Positions 17,249 to 27,700 of a stretch of 64,000 bases of DNA are shown piece after piece. Every line of letters begins with the position of its first letter. The first letter of the stretch is position 1. The position numbers and the translations under genes were made by a program. This DNA comes from Terracidiphilus sp. (lineage in GTDB: Bacteria; Acidobacteriota; Terriglobia; Terriglobales; Acidobacteriaceae): positions 86,831-150,830 of the forward strand of contig DASRHE010000009.1 in assembly GCA_035650595.1 (NCBI GenBank), in the 5' to 3' direction. The notes below the pieces were generated by a model. It saw nothing but the letters and a program-made list of their open reading frames with translations. It was not told where the DNA came from and made no database searches.

Positions 17249-19867
17249 CTACTCTTCGAGCGCGTTTACTTCAGATACTTTTCCCGTCCTGGGGTTCACT
17301 CTGAGCGTTTTGATTTCGAATGGCCTGAACTCGCCCGTCCACGACGTATGCGCAAATCGCAAATCGATATGTGCCTTCGAAGAGAGGCCATCTGTTTCAT
17401 AGGCTCGAACAATCAAGTCGTCTCCGTCTTCGGCCAATTTCACTGCCGACACGATGATGTCCGCAGCATCAACGGACATGAAACTGTCAGATTCGGGCCG
17501 CGTTCCGGGATGAATTCCCTGGTAGATGATCGGTATCTCTGTTACCAGCTTTTCGGAGATACGAGGCAGCTGGGCGCCTTGCCAGTTGCCGGCATGAGGC
17601 ACGAGCATCATACGGAAGTTCTGCACTCCCTGATCCATCCACAGGTAGTCTTTGTCTGCATCCAGGGTACGCGGCTCATGATGGGCGAACACTGCCGAGC
17701 GTGCCACAGAGATCCGCATCTCGCTGCCGTCAACGCTGTAGCCATATTTTGCGTCGTTCACTAGGCCAAGGCCGTAGGTCTTGCCGTCGGCTGTGCCCGT
17801 CACATCGATCCAGCGCTGCCCTGGATCTTCGTCGCCATGCGTTTCACGCTCCATAGCGCCGTATGCAATTTCGTAAGTTGCCTTTGGCTGATCCACATTC
17901 ACCGGGAGGGCGAACTTGAGCATTTTCTGGTGCTCATGCCAATCCAGGCTGACCCGAATCTCAACATCGCGGCTATGCGCATAGAGCAGATAGTCAAGAT
18001 TCAGGTGCGAAGCGCCATAGGCGTACTGCGCTCTCATCCGCACACGAAGCGGACCTGATTCGATCATCTTGATATTCTGCAGTGCGAAGCTGCCGATTTC
18101 ATGATCGTAGGCGCGAACATGGTGGCTCCAGGTATCGCTCGGGTCGTCGATAACGATGGCGCGCATTCCACCGTTGTTGCGAACGTCTGCCCCGCGTAAC
18201 ACCTCGCGCTGGGCATCTTTGTCGAAGATCCCGATACTTCCATCCGCAAAAAAGCGAACCCTGAGATGCTCGTTCTCCATCTCGCTGTCGTTGATGTGGA
18301 GCGCCGAGTCTGACTGCGGCGTTGCGGTCTGTGCGGGGTGAAGCCTGATCTGCCGGTAGCCCATGGCAGGCACTTCTACATCCGCCGCGAGGCCAATTCG
18401 ATCACTCACGGTGGTTGTCGCATCGATCCACTGGAATGGAATCGCGCGCCCTTCTTCGTCTTCCAAGACGGTCGGCGTCTTCGGATTCCAGCCGAGGTCG
18501 TATTCAATACGCATATCCGTCGTCCACGCATGCGGATTGAAAACCACCAGATATTTCGAAGCGGGATCGGTTGCAGGCACCTGCCATGCGAGCTTTTCGG
18601 CAGCAAGATACATTGCGTCGTGCGCGATATCCCGCGCACGGCCGAATCCTTCTTTGGCGGCCTCGAAATACGAGGGCAGCGTCGTGGCCGCGAGGCTGTC
18701 GTGAAATTGCAGCAGCAGCACCTTCTTCCAGGCCTTGGTGAGATCGTCTTTCGGATAACTCGCGCCCCACGCCACATGCCCTATGGCCGCCATCTTTTCG
18801 GCTGTCATCAGGACGGACTCGGTAGAGCGATTCAGCTTCTTCAGGTCTGACCCGGCGGTGTAGCAACCCACCGAATGATGCTGCATGTCATCTGCAACGG
18901 TGGGAATGTCGCGAAGGAACGCGGCCGTGCGAACTTCAGAGAAGTAGCGATCGGGCGTACTGAACAGGAGCTCGGGTGCGCCCTTCTCGCCTTGAATGCG
19001 ATGAATGGAGCTGATATTCAGCTTGGTCGGGCCGCCGCCATGGTCTCCAATTCCATAGAACTCCATGTCATCGCGCACCGCCTGCCCGTGAAGCAGGTCG
19101 ATTTCGCGCAGCATATGATTGCGAACATCGCCAGCGTCATCATAGGCGAGCGGAATACGGAACGTGAGCACCTTTGTGCCGTCGATGCCGTGCCACCAGA
19201 ACAGGCTCGAAGGCAGCTGCTTTTCCGTGGCGTTCGGACGCATGAAGACATAATTCGGCATGCCCTGAAGCTTGAGGATCTGCGGCAGACTGCCGGTATG
19301 ACCGAAGGAATCAGGATTGTAGCCGACCGTGGCCGTGCGGCCGAAGAGCCGCTTGAGCGTCTGCTGGCCATAAAGACCCTGGCGGATCAGAGACTCCCCG
19401 TTCGGTATATTGACGTCTGGCTCGATCCACCAACCGCCAACCAGATCCCATCGTCCCTCATCCACACGCTTCCGGATCTCCGCGAGCATGGCAGGATCGC
19501 TATCCGCTATCCACTCGTAAAATTGCGACGAACTGGTAGTCATGGTCACCTGAGGATCTTCTTTGAGGCGATCCAACGCGGAGCGGAAGGTACTATGGAC
19601 TACGGAGTTCGACTCGGCAAGGGGCCAGAGCCATGGCACGTCGATATGCGCATTCCCGATCATGTGCAATCGGAGGCCGGCCGCGTCGGAGGGCCAAGCC
19701 TGACTCCCGGGCGAAGTCGCCTCCATGGCAGAGCTGGACTGAGCAGGTCTCGTGTTCTGTGAGAGACCCGCTTCCGAACCGAGAGCGACAAGGACAGCAG
19801 AAACGAATGAGATCAAACAGGAGCGAGTCGATTTGCCGAGCAGCCTGATCATTCGCATGTACCTCAC
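17249..19867 (-). CDS. glycoside hydrolase family 38 alpha-mannosidase, secreted
   Basis: HMIGNAHIDVPWLWP (GH38 metal site HxD), GWWIEPD, NPDSFGH, the length (~870 aa) and a signal peptide. The start is ambiguous (GTG 19867, ATG 19858 or 19852). Confidence 0.85.
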   Translation of the reverse strand: MRYMRMIRLLGKSTRSCLISFVSAVLVALGSEAGLSQNTRPAQSSSAMEATSPGSQAWPSDAAGLRLHMIGNAHIDVPWLWPLAESNSVVHSTFRSALDRLKEDPQVTMTTSSSQFYEWIADSDPAMLAEIRKRVDEGRWDLVGGWWIEPDVNIPNGESLIRQGLYGQQTLKRLFGRTATVGYNPDSFGHTGSLPQILKLQGMPNYVFMRPNATEKQLPSSLFWWHGIDGTKVLTFRIPLAYDDAGDVRNHMLREIDLLHGQAVRDDMEFYGIGDHGGGPTKLNISSIHRIQGEKGAPELLFSTPDRYFSEVRTAAFLRDIPTVADDMQHHSVGCYTAGSDLKKLNRSTESVLMTAEKMAAIGHVAWGASYPKDDLTKAWKKVLLLQFHDSLAATTLPSYFEAAKEGFGRARDIAHDAMYLAAEKLAWQVPATDPASKYLVVFNPHAWTTDMRIEYDLGWNPKTPTVLEDEEGRAIPFQWIDATTTVSDRIGLAADVEVPAMGYRQIRLHPAQTATPQSDSALHINDSEMENEHLRVRFFADGSIGIFDKDAQREVLRGADVRNNGGMRAIVIDDPSDTWSHHVRAYDHEIGSFALQNIKMIESGPLRVRMRAQYAYGASHLNLDYLLYAHSRDVEIRVSLDWHEHQKMLKFALPVNVDQPKATYEIAYGAMERETHGDEDPGQRWIDVTGTADGKTYGLGLVNDAKYGYSVDGSEMRISVARSAVFAHHEPRTLDADKDYLWMDQGVQNFRMMLVPHAGNWQGAQLPRISEKLVTEIPIIYQGIHPGTRPESDSFMSVDAADIIVSAVKLAEDGDDLIVRAYETDGLSSKAHIDLRFAHTSWTGEFRPFEIKTLRVNPRTGKVSEVNALEE

Positions 19868-19924
19868 GGGTCACTGCCGAGCAGGATCGCTCGTAAGCGT
19901 CAGGTATTTATTCTAAATTCGCTG

Positions 19925-19938
19925 TGGAATCGATTCCA
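19925..19938. promoter_or_regulatory. perfect 14-bp palindrome TGGAATCGATTCCA, candidate LacI-family operator
   Basis: It matches the general LacI/CcpA operator architecture TGnAAnCGnTTnCA. It lies in the divergent region between the GH38 operon and the LacI-family gene. Confidence 0.55.
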
Positions 19939-20081
19939 TTGCGCGATTTATCTGGACTATACGGAATCGAGATCAGACGTGTCAAGGAAGGAACTATAAT
20001 CCTCTTCAAGCTTTCAGAGCACTCCCATAGGCCGTATCATTCTGAGATTCTGGCTGGGATTTCCCCGGAGTTTTGGCTTCG

Positions 20082-21089
20082 ATGAACCGCACGCGCAAAA
20101 AGACGAAAAGTTCTGTGCCGGCTCTCGCGGATGTGGCGCGAATCGCCGGCGTGGGTTCCGGAACCGTGTCACGGGTGATTAACGGCGGTAAGAATGTAAG
20201 TCCCAAAACGTTGGCTCGAGTGCGCGCTGTGATGAAGCAGCTAGGCTATGAACCTAGCTACGCGGCGCGGGCTTTGAAGGGTGCGCCCTCCAATACGGTG
20301 GGCCTGATCGTGCCCACGGTCGCGGACCCCTTCTTCTCCGCGGCAGCCGCAGCGATTCAGGATGTTGCGGGACAGCACGGCAGGCTGGTGCTGTTGGCTT
20401 CCTCCGAAAACGATCCCCAAAAGGAGCAACAGGAAGTCAGCGCCCTGATCCGTCGCCGCGTCGATGGCTTGATTATTGCGCCCTCGCCGGGAAGCACGAC
20501 AGGCCCGCTGGAGAATGCGTCATTTCCAGTGGTATGCTTCGATCGCCCTATCCAAAACTCACCTTTTACGACCGTGATGGCCGATAACTACGCGGGAGCG
20601 CGTGCCGCGACGGAGCACTTGATCGAAAGGGGCTACAAACGAATCCTATGCGTGGGGGGATACGGCGGCTTGCTTACAAGCCAAAGGCGTTTCCAGGCTC
20701 ACAAGGATGTGATCAAGAGAGCGGGTCTGCCCTATCTGGCGGAGCTGAATGCCGAGGACTTTGTCTCCACTCAGTCGGCCATTCTGCGGCACGTTCGTGG
20801 TCCTGAGAGAGTGGATGCCATCTTTTCGACCAAGAACACCACGACCGTTTATATCTACAAAATTCTGCGAGAATTGGGCATCCGGATCCCGGGGCAGATC
20901 GGCCTTATCGGCTACGATGATTTCGAGTTGGCAGATGCGCTTGAGTCGCCCATCACTGTCGTACGACAGCCAATCACCCGCATCGCTACACGAGCTGCAG
21001 AGCTTCTGTTCGAAGAGATGATCGATCACAAAGAGCCCGCTGGAACAATCTCCTTCGACGTGGAACTTGTTTTGCGCAGTTCCTGTTGA
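20082..21089 (+). CDS. LacI family transcriptional regulator
   Basis: N-terminal HTH LADVARIAGVGSGTVSRVINGGKNVSPKTLARVRAVMKQLGYEPSYAARALKG followed by a periplasmic-binding-protein-like sugar-binding core. Confidence 0.85.
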   Translation: MNRTRKKTKSSVPALADVARIAGVGSGTVSRVINGGKNVSPKTLARVRAVMKQLGYEPSYAARALKGAPSNTVGLIVPTVADPFFSAAAAAIQDVAGQHGRLVLLASSENDPQKEQQEVSALIRRRVDGLIIAPSPGSTTGPLENASFPVVCFDRPIQNSPFTTVMADNYAGARAATEHLIERGYKRILCVGGYGGLLTSQRRFQAHKDVIKRAGLPYLAELNAEDFVSTQSAILRHVRGPERVDAIFSTKNTTTVYIYKILRELGIRIPGQIGLIGYDDFELADALESPITVVRQPITRIATRAAELLFEEMIDHKEPAGTISFDVELVLRSSC

Positions 21090-21162
21090 GAGGTGCGCGT
21101 AAACTGAATCCGCACGTGTTTTCCTTGACCGTCTACACCTTTTAGAGCGACTATTTGAGTTC

Positions 21163-21176
21163 TGGGATCGATTCCA
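21163..21176. promoter_or_regulatory. operator-like site TGGGATCGATTCCA (1 mismatch to the 19925 palindrome)
   Basis: Located ~50 nt upstream of the predicted ATG (21227) of the MBL-fold gene. Confidence 0.45.
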
Positions 21177-21226
21177 CGCTTAAGTTGGTTGAGTCTCCAA
21201 GCGTCGGGCATCGATTGCGGTCAGCT

Positions 21227-23209
21227 ATGGACGAGCGAGTGTCATCGTTTTCGCGGCGAGGATTTCTGCAGGGAGCTGCAGCCAGTCTCATTGCACCGCC
21301 GGACATTCAGGCTGCTCGCACCTCCTCGCCGGCCGCGAGTTCCGTCTTCGTCACGGCAGAACGGCCGGTCAAACTCTCGGAAAACCTGTTCATGCTGGCA
21401 GACACATGCAATGTGTTTGTGGTTCGCGACGGTGATCGGGGTGTTCTTATCGATTTTGGCTCAGGCAGGATTCTCGAATTTCTGCGGGAGCTCGGTGTCT
21501 CGGGCATTGACTACATCTTCCATACACATCACCATCGCGATCAGGCGCAGGGTGATCTCATCGCCAACGAACGCGGCATCCCCATCGCCGCGCCTGCGCA
21601 TGAGAGACATCTTTTCGAAGATGTGGAGCGGCTCTGGGCCAGCCGCCGCATTTTTGACCTCTACCAGGTTCGGAACGACTTCTTCTCGCTGACCCAGAAT
21701 GTGAAGGTGGCTAAACTGCTGCACGATTACGAATCCATAGATTGGAGAGGGCATTCGTTCTTTGTGCAGCCCACTCCAGGACATACGATCGGCTCGATCA
21801 GTTTGCTCGCGAAGATTGATGGCCGGCTGATCGCATTTTCAGGCGATCTGATGTACTCCGATGGAAAGGTACAGAATCTTTACGACCTGCAGTACTTTTA
21901 CCAGGAACACGAGGGAGTAGATTTTTCGCTCTATTCACTCACAGAACTCATGAAGCTGCACCCTGCCCTGGTGTGCCCTTCGCATGGCCAACCCATCGGC
22001 GATCCGATGGTCGCAATGGAAAATCTGCGATCGCGGCTGCTGGATTGGTATCACTTCTGGAAACCGACCGGAACACCGACATACCAGTTCAAGGCGACGG
22101 AGGTAAGCCCGCACCTCATTGCCCATCCCCTGCCCACGTCGACCTTTTACGCGATCCTGAGCAAAAGTGGGAAAGCCATGCTGATCGACTACGGATCAGC
22201 GAGCTGGAACTTCTTCCAGAGCTTTCGCGACGCGATTGACACCTACGGGCGTATGCGCTTTGTCGAGCATAGCCTGGATGCGCTGCAGTCCCGTTATGGC
22301 GTAACCAAGTTCGACGTAGCAATCCCTACGCATATTCACGATGACCACATCAATGGATTCTCTCATCTCGCGCGCAAATACGGAACGCAGGTGTGGTGTC
22401 TCGATAACATGGTCGAGATATTCAATAATCCAAGGGGCCGCAATCTCGGATGCATCCTTGCTGAGCCCATCCATATTGAACGGACCTTTAAGGATGGCGA
22501 CCAATTTCAGTGGGAAGAGTACACATTCACGATGATGCATTCGCCGGGGCACACGGATTATCAGATGGCGCTTTTTGCCACGATCGATGACACTCTTGTG
22601 GCCTTCACGGGTGACGCATTCTTCAATTACGACAAGGTGAGTCTGAGTCACAACCTGATTTACCGCAATGACATAAAGACCGGCGACTATCTTCGATCGA
22701 TCAAAAATATCCAACAGATGCGGCCGCGCATGATTGCACCTGGACATGGAGAACCTTTCCTGATGACGGACCGGATGGTTCAGGATTTTGTCGAGCGCGT
22801 GCAGCGCCAGGATGAGATCTTTAAAACTCTCATCGCCGATCCCGCCACCGACATGGGCCTCGATCCATCATGGGTGCAGATCTATCCGTACCAGGCAATC
22901 ATCCGACCAGAGGAGCCGCACAAGCTCGAGATTCGAGTGCGCAATCACTACGCGAAACCCATGCAGTTGGAAATTACGCTCGCTTTGCCAACTGGATGGG
23001 TAAGTACGCCGTCCAAAATTGCCCTCAGTGTGCCGGCAGGGTCAACGGGCACACATGCTCTCGATATAGTTATTCCGCGCAATGCATATCGAAGCGGTGA
23101 GCGCCGCGCCATTGCGGCCGACGTGGTGGCCAACGGAGTCTATCTGGGCCAGATCGCGGAGGCTACTGTGGACATGTGCGATGACAACAGCCTGCGCGTC
23201 ACTCTTTGA
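21227..23209 (+). CDS. TAT-exported protein with two tandem metallo-beta-lactamase-fold domains
   Basis: Twin-arginine signal SRRGFLQGAAASLIAPPDIQA. Two HxHxDH motifs (HTHHHRDQAQG and PTHIHDDHINGF), each followed by downstream His motifs (PGHT..., SPGHTDY). Confidence 0.7.
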   Translation: MDERVSSFSRRGFLQGAAASLIAPPDIQAARTSSPAASSVFVTAERPVKLSENLFMLADTCNVFVVRDGDRGVLIDFGSGRILEFLRELGVSGIDYIFHTHHHRDQAQGDLIANERGIPIAAPAHERHLFEDVERLWASRRIFDLYQVRNDFFSLTQNVKVAKLLHDYESIDWRGHSFFVQPTPGHTIGSISLLAKIDGRLIAFSGDLMYSDGKVQNLYDLQYFYQEHEGVDFSLYSLTELMKLHPALVCPSHGQPIGDPMVAMENLRSRLLDWYHFWKPTGTPTYQFKATEVSPHLIAHPLPTSTFYAILSKSGKAMLIDYGSASWNFFQSFRDAIDTYGRMRFVEHSLDALQSRYGVTKFDVAIPTHIHDDHINGFSHLARKYGTQVWCLDNMVEIFNNPRGRNLGCILAEPIHIERTFKDGDQFQWEEYTFTMMHSPGHTDYQMALFATIDDTLVAFTGDAFFNYDKVSLSHNLIYRNDIKTGDYLRSIKNIQQMRPRMIAPGHGEPFLMTDRMVQDFVERVQRQDEIFKTLIADPATDMGLDPSWVQIYPYQAIIRPEEPHKLEIRVRNHYAKPMQLEITLALPTGWVSTPSKIALSVPAGSTGTHALDIVIPRNAYRSGERRAIAADVVANGVYLGQIAEATVDMCDDNSLRVTL

Positions 23210-23247
23210 GAAGATCTCGCCGTGAATCAAGAACGAAAGTTCATGCT

Positions 23248-24441
23248 ATGCACACATCGCTAACCGCGCGCCGTTTGATTACCGATGGCGGACAGGTCGA
23301 CTTTCCCGTACTTGAGATGGACGAGGAAGGTCGCCTGGTCAGTATCGGCACCGACCCCCAGGTGCTGGCGAACGAATCAACGACTCTCTCCAGCGCGCTG
23401 CTTGACATACATCTGCATGGTGCTGGCGGCGTTGACGTGACGAACGCCAGCCCGGCACAGATGCGTGAACTGACATCATTTCTCGCCCGGCACGGCGTCG
23501 GATACTTTTTGCCAACCACCGTTACTGCGCCTGTCGACTTTACGCTTCGGGCTCTGGAGCGAATCGCGAAAACGATCGATTCATCCGGAAGCATTGAAGG
23601 AGCAACTCCGCTGGGAATTCACATTGAAGGCCCGTTCCTTTCACACACAAAGAGAGGCATGCATCCCAGCGAACATCTTCAGGCGCCAAGCATCGAGTTG
23701 TTCGATCGATTGCAGTCCGCTGCCGGCGGACACATACGCCTGATAACCATTGCGCCCGAAGCCGAGGCAGGCCCATTCGTGACATCAGGATTCGAGCGAG
23801 TCTCCGCGCTTGATCTGATTCGTTACGCAAGCCGCCAAGGAGTCGCATGCTCTATCGGGCACAGCAACGCGCTGGCGAGTGAAGCGGTAGCCGCGATTGA
23901 GGCCGGCGCAGTCAGTGCGACTCATACGTTCAATGCCATGCGCCCACTGGATCATCGCGAGCCTGGCATTCTGGGGGTTGTGCTGCAGGATGACCGCATC
24001 TTTGCCGATCTCATCTGCGATGGTGTGCATGTCTCTCCGGAGGCGGTCCGCTTGTGGTGGAAGGCAAAAGGCGCGCAGCGCGCGATTCTGATTACCGATG
24101 CGCTGCCAGCGGCAGGCATAGGAGACGGGAATTTCAGGGTTGGAGATGCTTGGATCACCGCGCATCAGGGACGCGCACTCGTGTCGCGGGATTTGGCTCA
24201 AGGCACGGAGACTCTGGCAGGCTCGGTTTTGATGCTCCCCCAGGCAGTAAAAAACTTTGTGGACTTCACTGCGGCCGAGATAAAGGATGGGCTGCGCCTT
24301 GCATCGCACAATCCCGCTGCTATGTTAAAACGCTCTGACGTGATGCGCCTTGAGCCCGGCTCGCCAGTCAATCTGACGCGATGGGATGAAGCCGGCAATC
24401 TCGTCACGACTTATCTTCGGGGACTCGAAGTTAAGCGATAG
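23248..24441 (+). CDS. nagA: N-acetylglucosamine-6-phosphate deacetylase
   Basis: LLDIHLHGAGGVDV (HxH metal site), HIEGPFLS, ATHTFNAM and ILITDA are NagA amidohydrolase signatures. Confidence 0.85.
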   Translation: MHTSLTARRLITDGGQVDFPVLEMDEEGRLVSIGTDPQVLANESTTLSSALLDIHLHGAGGVDVTNASPAQMRELTSFLARHGVGYFLPTTVTAPVDFTLRALERIAKTIDSSGSIEGATPLGIHIEGPFLSHTKRGMHPSEHLQAPSIELFDRLQSAAGGHIRLITIAPEAEAGPFVTSGFERVSALDLIRYASRQGVACSIGHSNALASEAVAAIEAGAVSATHTFNAMRPLDHREPGILGVVLQDDRIFADLICDGVHVSPEAVRLWWKAKGAQRAILITDALPAAGIGDGNFRVGDAWITAHQGRALVSRDLAQGTETLAGSVLMLPQAVKNFVDFTAAEIKDGLRLASHNPAAMLKRSDVMRLEPGSPVNLTRWDEAGNLVTTYLRGLEVKR

Positions 24442-24665
24442 GTCTCGGCGAGGACGCGCGAGTGTGCGCAGACAGGCGCACAAGGGAAGACGGATGGCAA
24501 CTTCAAGAAGACGCTGGTCAGAGCGGCATGTCTACTACACGCTGGCCGGAACAGCCGGGGATATTGAATCGATCCGCAAGCTGGCTAGGTGCTGGCTCGA
24601 CAAGGGTGCTGCATGCGCCAATCCCGCCGGCGTTGAGGATCTGCTTGAGGCGATACTGCCGGTTT

Positions 24666-24708
24666 CCAAAAAGAACGAAGCCGGACAGTCAACTGTCCGG
24701 CTTTGCAG
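24666..24708. terminator. bidirectional intrinsic terminator between nagA (+) and the TonB-dependent receptor (-)
   Basis: GCCGGACAG-UCAA-CUGUCCGGC (9 bp). On the minus strand it is followed by UUCGUUCUUUUUGG, on the plus strand by UUUGCAGUU. Confidence 0.6.
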
Positions 24709-24723
24709 TTAAAGTTGCCTGGG

Positions 24724-27700
24724 CTAGAAATTGAACTTGAAACCAAGCTGCACCTGGCGGCTGATGTTGGACTGCGAGTTCGCAATCGTGCCGAAGGCCG
24801 AGCCGGTCACCGTCGTGTTAGGTCCGCCGGGGATCCAGGTATTCGTTACATTGAATGCTTCCAGGCGGAACTGTCCGCTGTAGCGCTCAGTAAAGTTGAG
24901 AGCTTTGATCAACGAGAGGTCCGCGATAGGCGCGCTCGGATTGCGGATCGCGCCTGTATAGAAGCCGCTCACGCGATAGTCCAGATTGGCGCTATTGATC
25001 ACCTGCCATACGGGAGCACAGCTGGATGTTTTTCCCTGCGAGGTGATGGCGCCTGCCGTGTAGGTTCCGTTCGCGCTGTTGAAGGTTGGCGCCAGTTGGA
25101 CGCATGGATTGAACCACGTAGTGCGGTTCTTGGTGGCCGCATCCGGGCTGCTAATCAGGTTGGCATTCGATGGTAAATTCACTGGCGTTCCCGACTGGAT
25201 GGTCTCGATCAGGTTGAGCTGCCACCCGCCGGCAAGCAGTTCGAGCGAACGGTTCGCATTCGACAGTAGTTGATGGCCATGGCCGAATGGAAGCTCATAA
25301 AGCGCCGAAATTACGAGGCGCTGCGGCCGATCACTCGAGCCGATGGTTTTGGTGGGAGCCGGGTCTTGAGGATTCAGGAAGGACAGCGCTTCTTCCGCCT
25401 TGGACCACGTGTAAGCACCCATGATCGAGAAGCCGTTGGTGTAGCGCTTCTCGATGAGAAGTTGAGCCGCGTTGTACCAGAGCTTGCCGACGGACTCCTG
25501 ACCATAACTAATGCCGAGAAACTGCGGATACGGCAAAAGCAACTGCTGACGCGAGACTGTGGCGCCATTCAGGTTCGTGTTCGGGATCTGATTCGCAAAC
25601 GGATTGCTCACCGCGGCACCAACGTACTGCGAAGCTGTCTGGTACGTCCCGTTGCTTCCAGTCGCGGAGTTCGTCACCGTCTGACGAACTGAAGCGATCT
25701 GGCCGCTGCTCAGCACGTTGAGGTTGCGAGCACCGCCCGCCTGATTGTCGTTGGTGTTGATGTACTGGGTGTGCATTCCCACGTAGGACATGTCCACCTT
25801 CACATTCCAGGGAAATTGCTGCTGCACGCCGACTGACCACTGATCTGCGCGCGGAATCTTTCGGTTTGTATTGTTGTAAATGATGCTCTGACCAAGGAAG
25901 GTCGAGAGGCCGAGCGAGCTTCCCTTCGGCTGCAGAACCGATGGGAAGGGATCGGTCAGCGGTGGGGCAGCAGGGTTGTTGCCGCGAGGCTGGTAGAGAT
26001 TCGCCGTCGATCCACCCGCAATGTTGTTGGGCACGTAGGCGGTGTCCTGAGCAAAGCCTTGCGCTGCGCCGAAAGCTGCTTCAGGCAGATAGAAGATGCC
26101 ATAGCCACCACGGACCAGCGTATTCGGGAAAACCTGGTACACCGCTCCAATGCGCGGCTGCACGTGACCATACTGCGTGTTGAACGCAGACACAGGCTGG
26201 CCTCCAGTTCCTGCAAAATACAAGCCGCCGGTAAGTTTCTGGCAGGCTGGGCACACGCCCGTACTTGCTGAAGCCGCAGCCGAAGCCAGCGGCGAAGCGT
26301 CTGTCGTGTCGAAGCCGCGGTTCATGCGATTTTGCGACTCCGCCGGAGATCCTTCAAGGTCATAGCGGAGCCCAAGATTCAACGTAAGCCTCTTTGAGAG
26401 CTTCAGATCGTCCTGGACGTAGTATCCCTGATACCACCACCGATAGAGCAGGCGCGGCGTGTAAGAGATGATGCTGGTGATGCTGCTATTCGATGCGGCC
26501 GGCGCTCCCAACAACAAGCTCGCCAACGGAGAACCGGACGTGCCGTTGTACGCAGCCGTCGGGTTCGCCTGCGTGAAGTTAGCAGTGAATGCGAAAGCGC
26601 CGCCACCATAGACGAACGAACCGCCGCCAGTGCCGAAGGCGATGTTGCGAATGTCGCCGCCAACGTGGATCGAGTGTCTGCCGTAGAGCATCTCGAGGCT
26701 GGGCTGGAATCCAATCACTGTGCTGATACCATAGCGGGGATTGCGTGTGCCCGCATCGGGAATGTTGCTCTGATTGCCCATGCTGATACGCGGAGGCACG
26801 GGAACAAAACGCTCCGAGCCGAAGTTCTGGCTGAACCCGAGCTTTGTAACATCGAAGCCATATACGGTGGAGCGAGCCACATTCTCGGTGTAACGAGCCA
26901 GCGAACCGCGCAGGTCTAGGATTACGCGCGGCGACAATGCGGTGATGCTGTCGAGCACTGCGCTGTCATTGCTCCGGGCAAGTGGGTCCTGCGCGTCGTA
27001 CAGCGGACCTGTGAAGTTATACGAACCATGGTCTACCTGGTTTCTACGGCCATGTGCGTAGCGAACGTACAGCCGTTCCTTCTCACTAAAGTTGTGGTCC
27101 ACGCGGGCAAGAAAATTCTTGAAATGATCTTCGCTGGTGTTCGAGCCGGTGCTGTAGTTATTGACCAGCAATCCGCTGCCCACGTTTGGCTTCGGATATG
27201 CATTCGCGATTTGGCCGCCTGGACTGACCGACAGACGCGATTGTGGAATGATGTTGTTTGGAAATGCGTTCCGAATGCAGCAGTTTCCATTCGCGTCCAA
27301 ACGGGTGCTCCAGGGATCGTAGATCGTCGGTTCACCTGCCGCTGAAAAATCACCCTGGCGCTCTGCAAGAGTCGGAACTGTCGTGAGTGTCGGGGTCGGC
27401 TGCACCTCATGATAGTTCTCAAAGGAGGCGAAGAAGAACGTCTTGTCTTTGCCGTTGTAGTGAGGGAATCTTACCGGCCCGCCCGCAGTTCCGCCCCAAT
27501 CGTCAAGCGTATGGCCACCCAGATTCGCATGCGTGACAGGGTCAAGCGAATACCGTGGCAACCCGGCAATCTTATTGGAGACGCTGTTGGCGTCCAGCTG
27601 ATAGCGGCGCAGGAAGTCGTAAACATCGCCGTGGTAATCGTTCGTACCCGCCTTCGTAGAGACGTTGAAGACGCCGCCACCGGTCCGGCCATACTGCGCG

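Noticed and set aside
24494-24712. 72-codon + strand ORF (MATSRRRWSERHVYYTLAG...) after nagA
   Set aside because: No SD and no recognisable family. It runs into the bidirectional terminator hairpin (24680-24701). It could be a gene remnant, but the evidence is insufficient.
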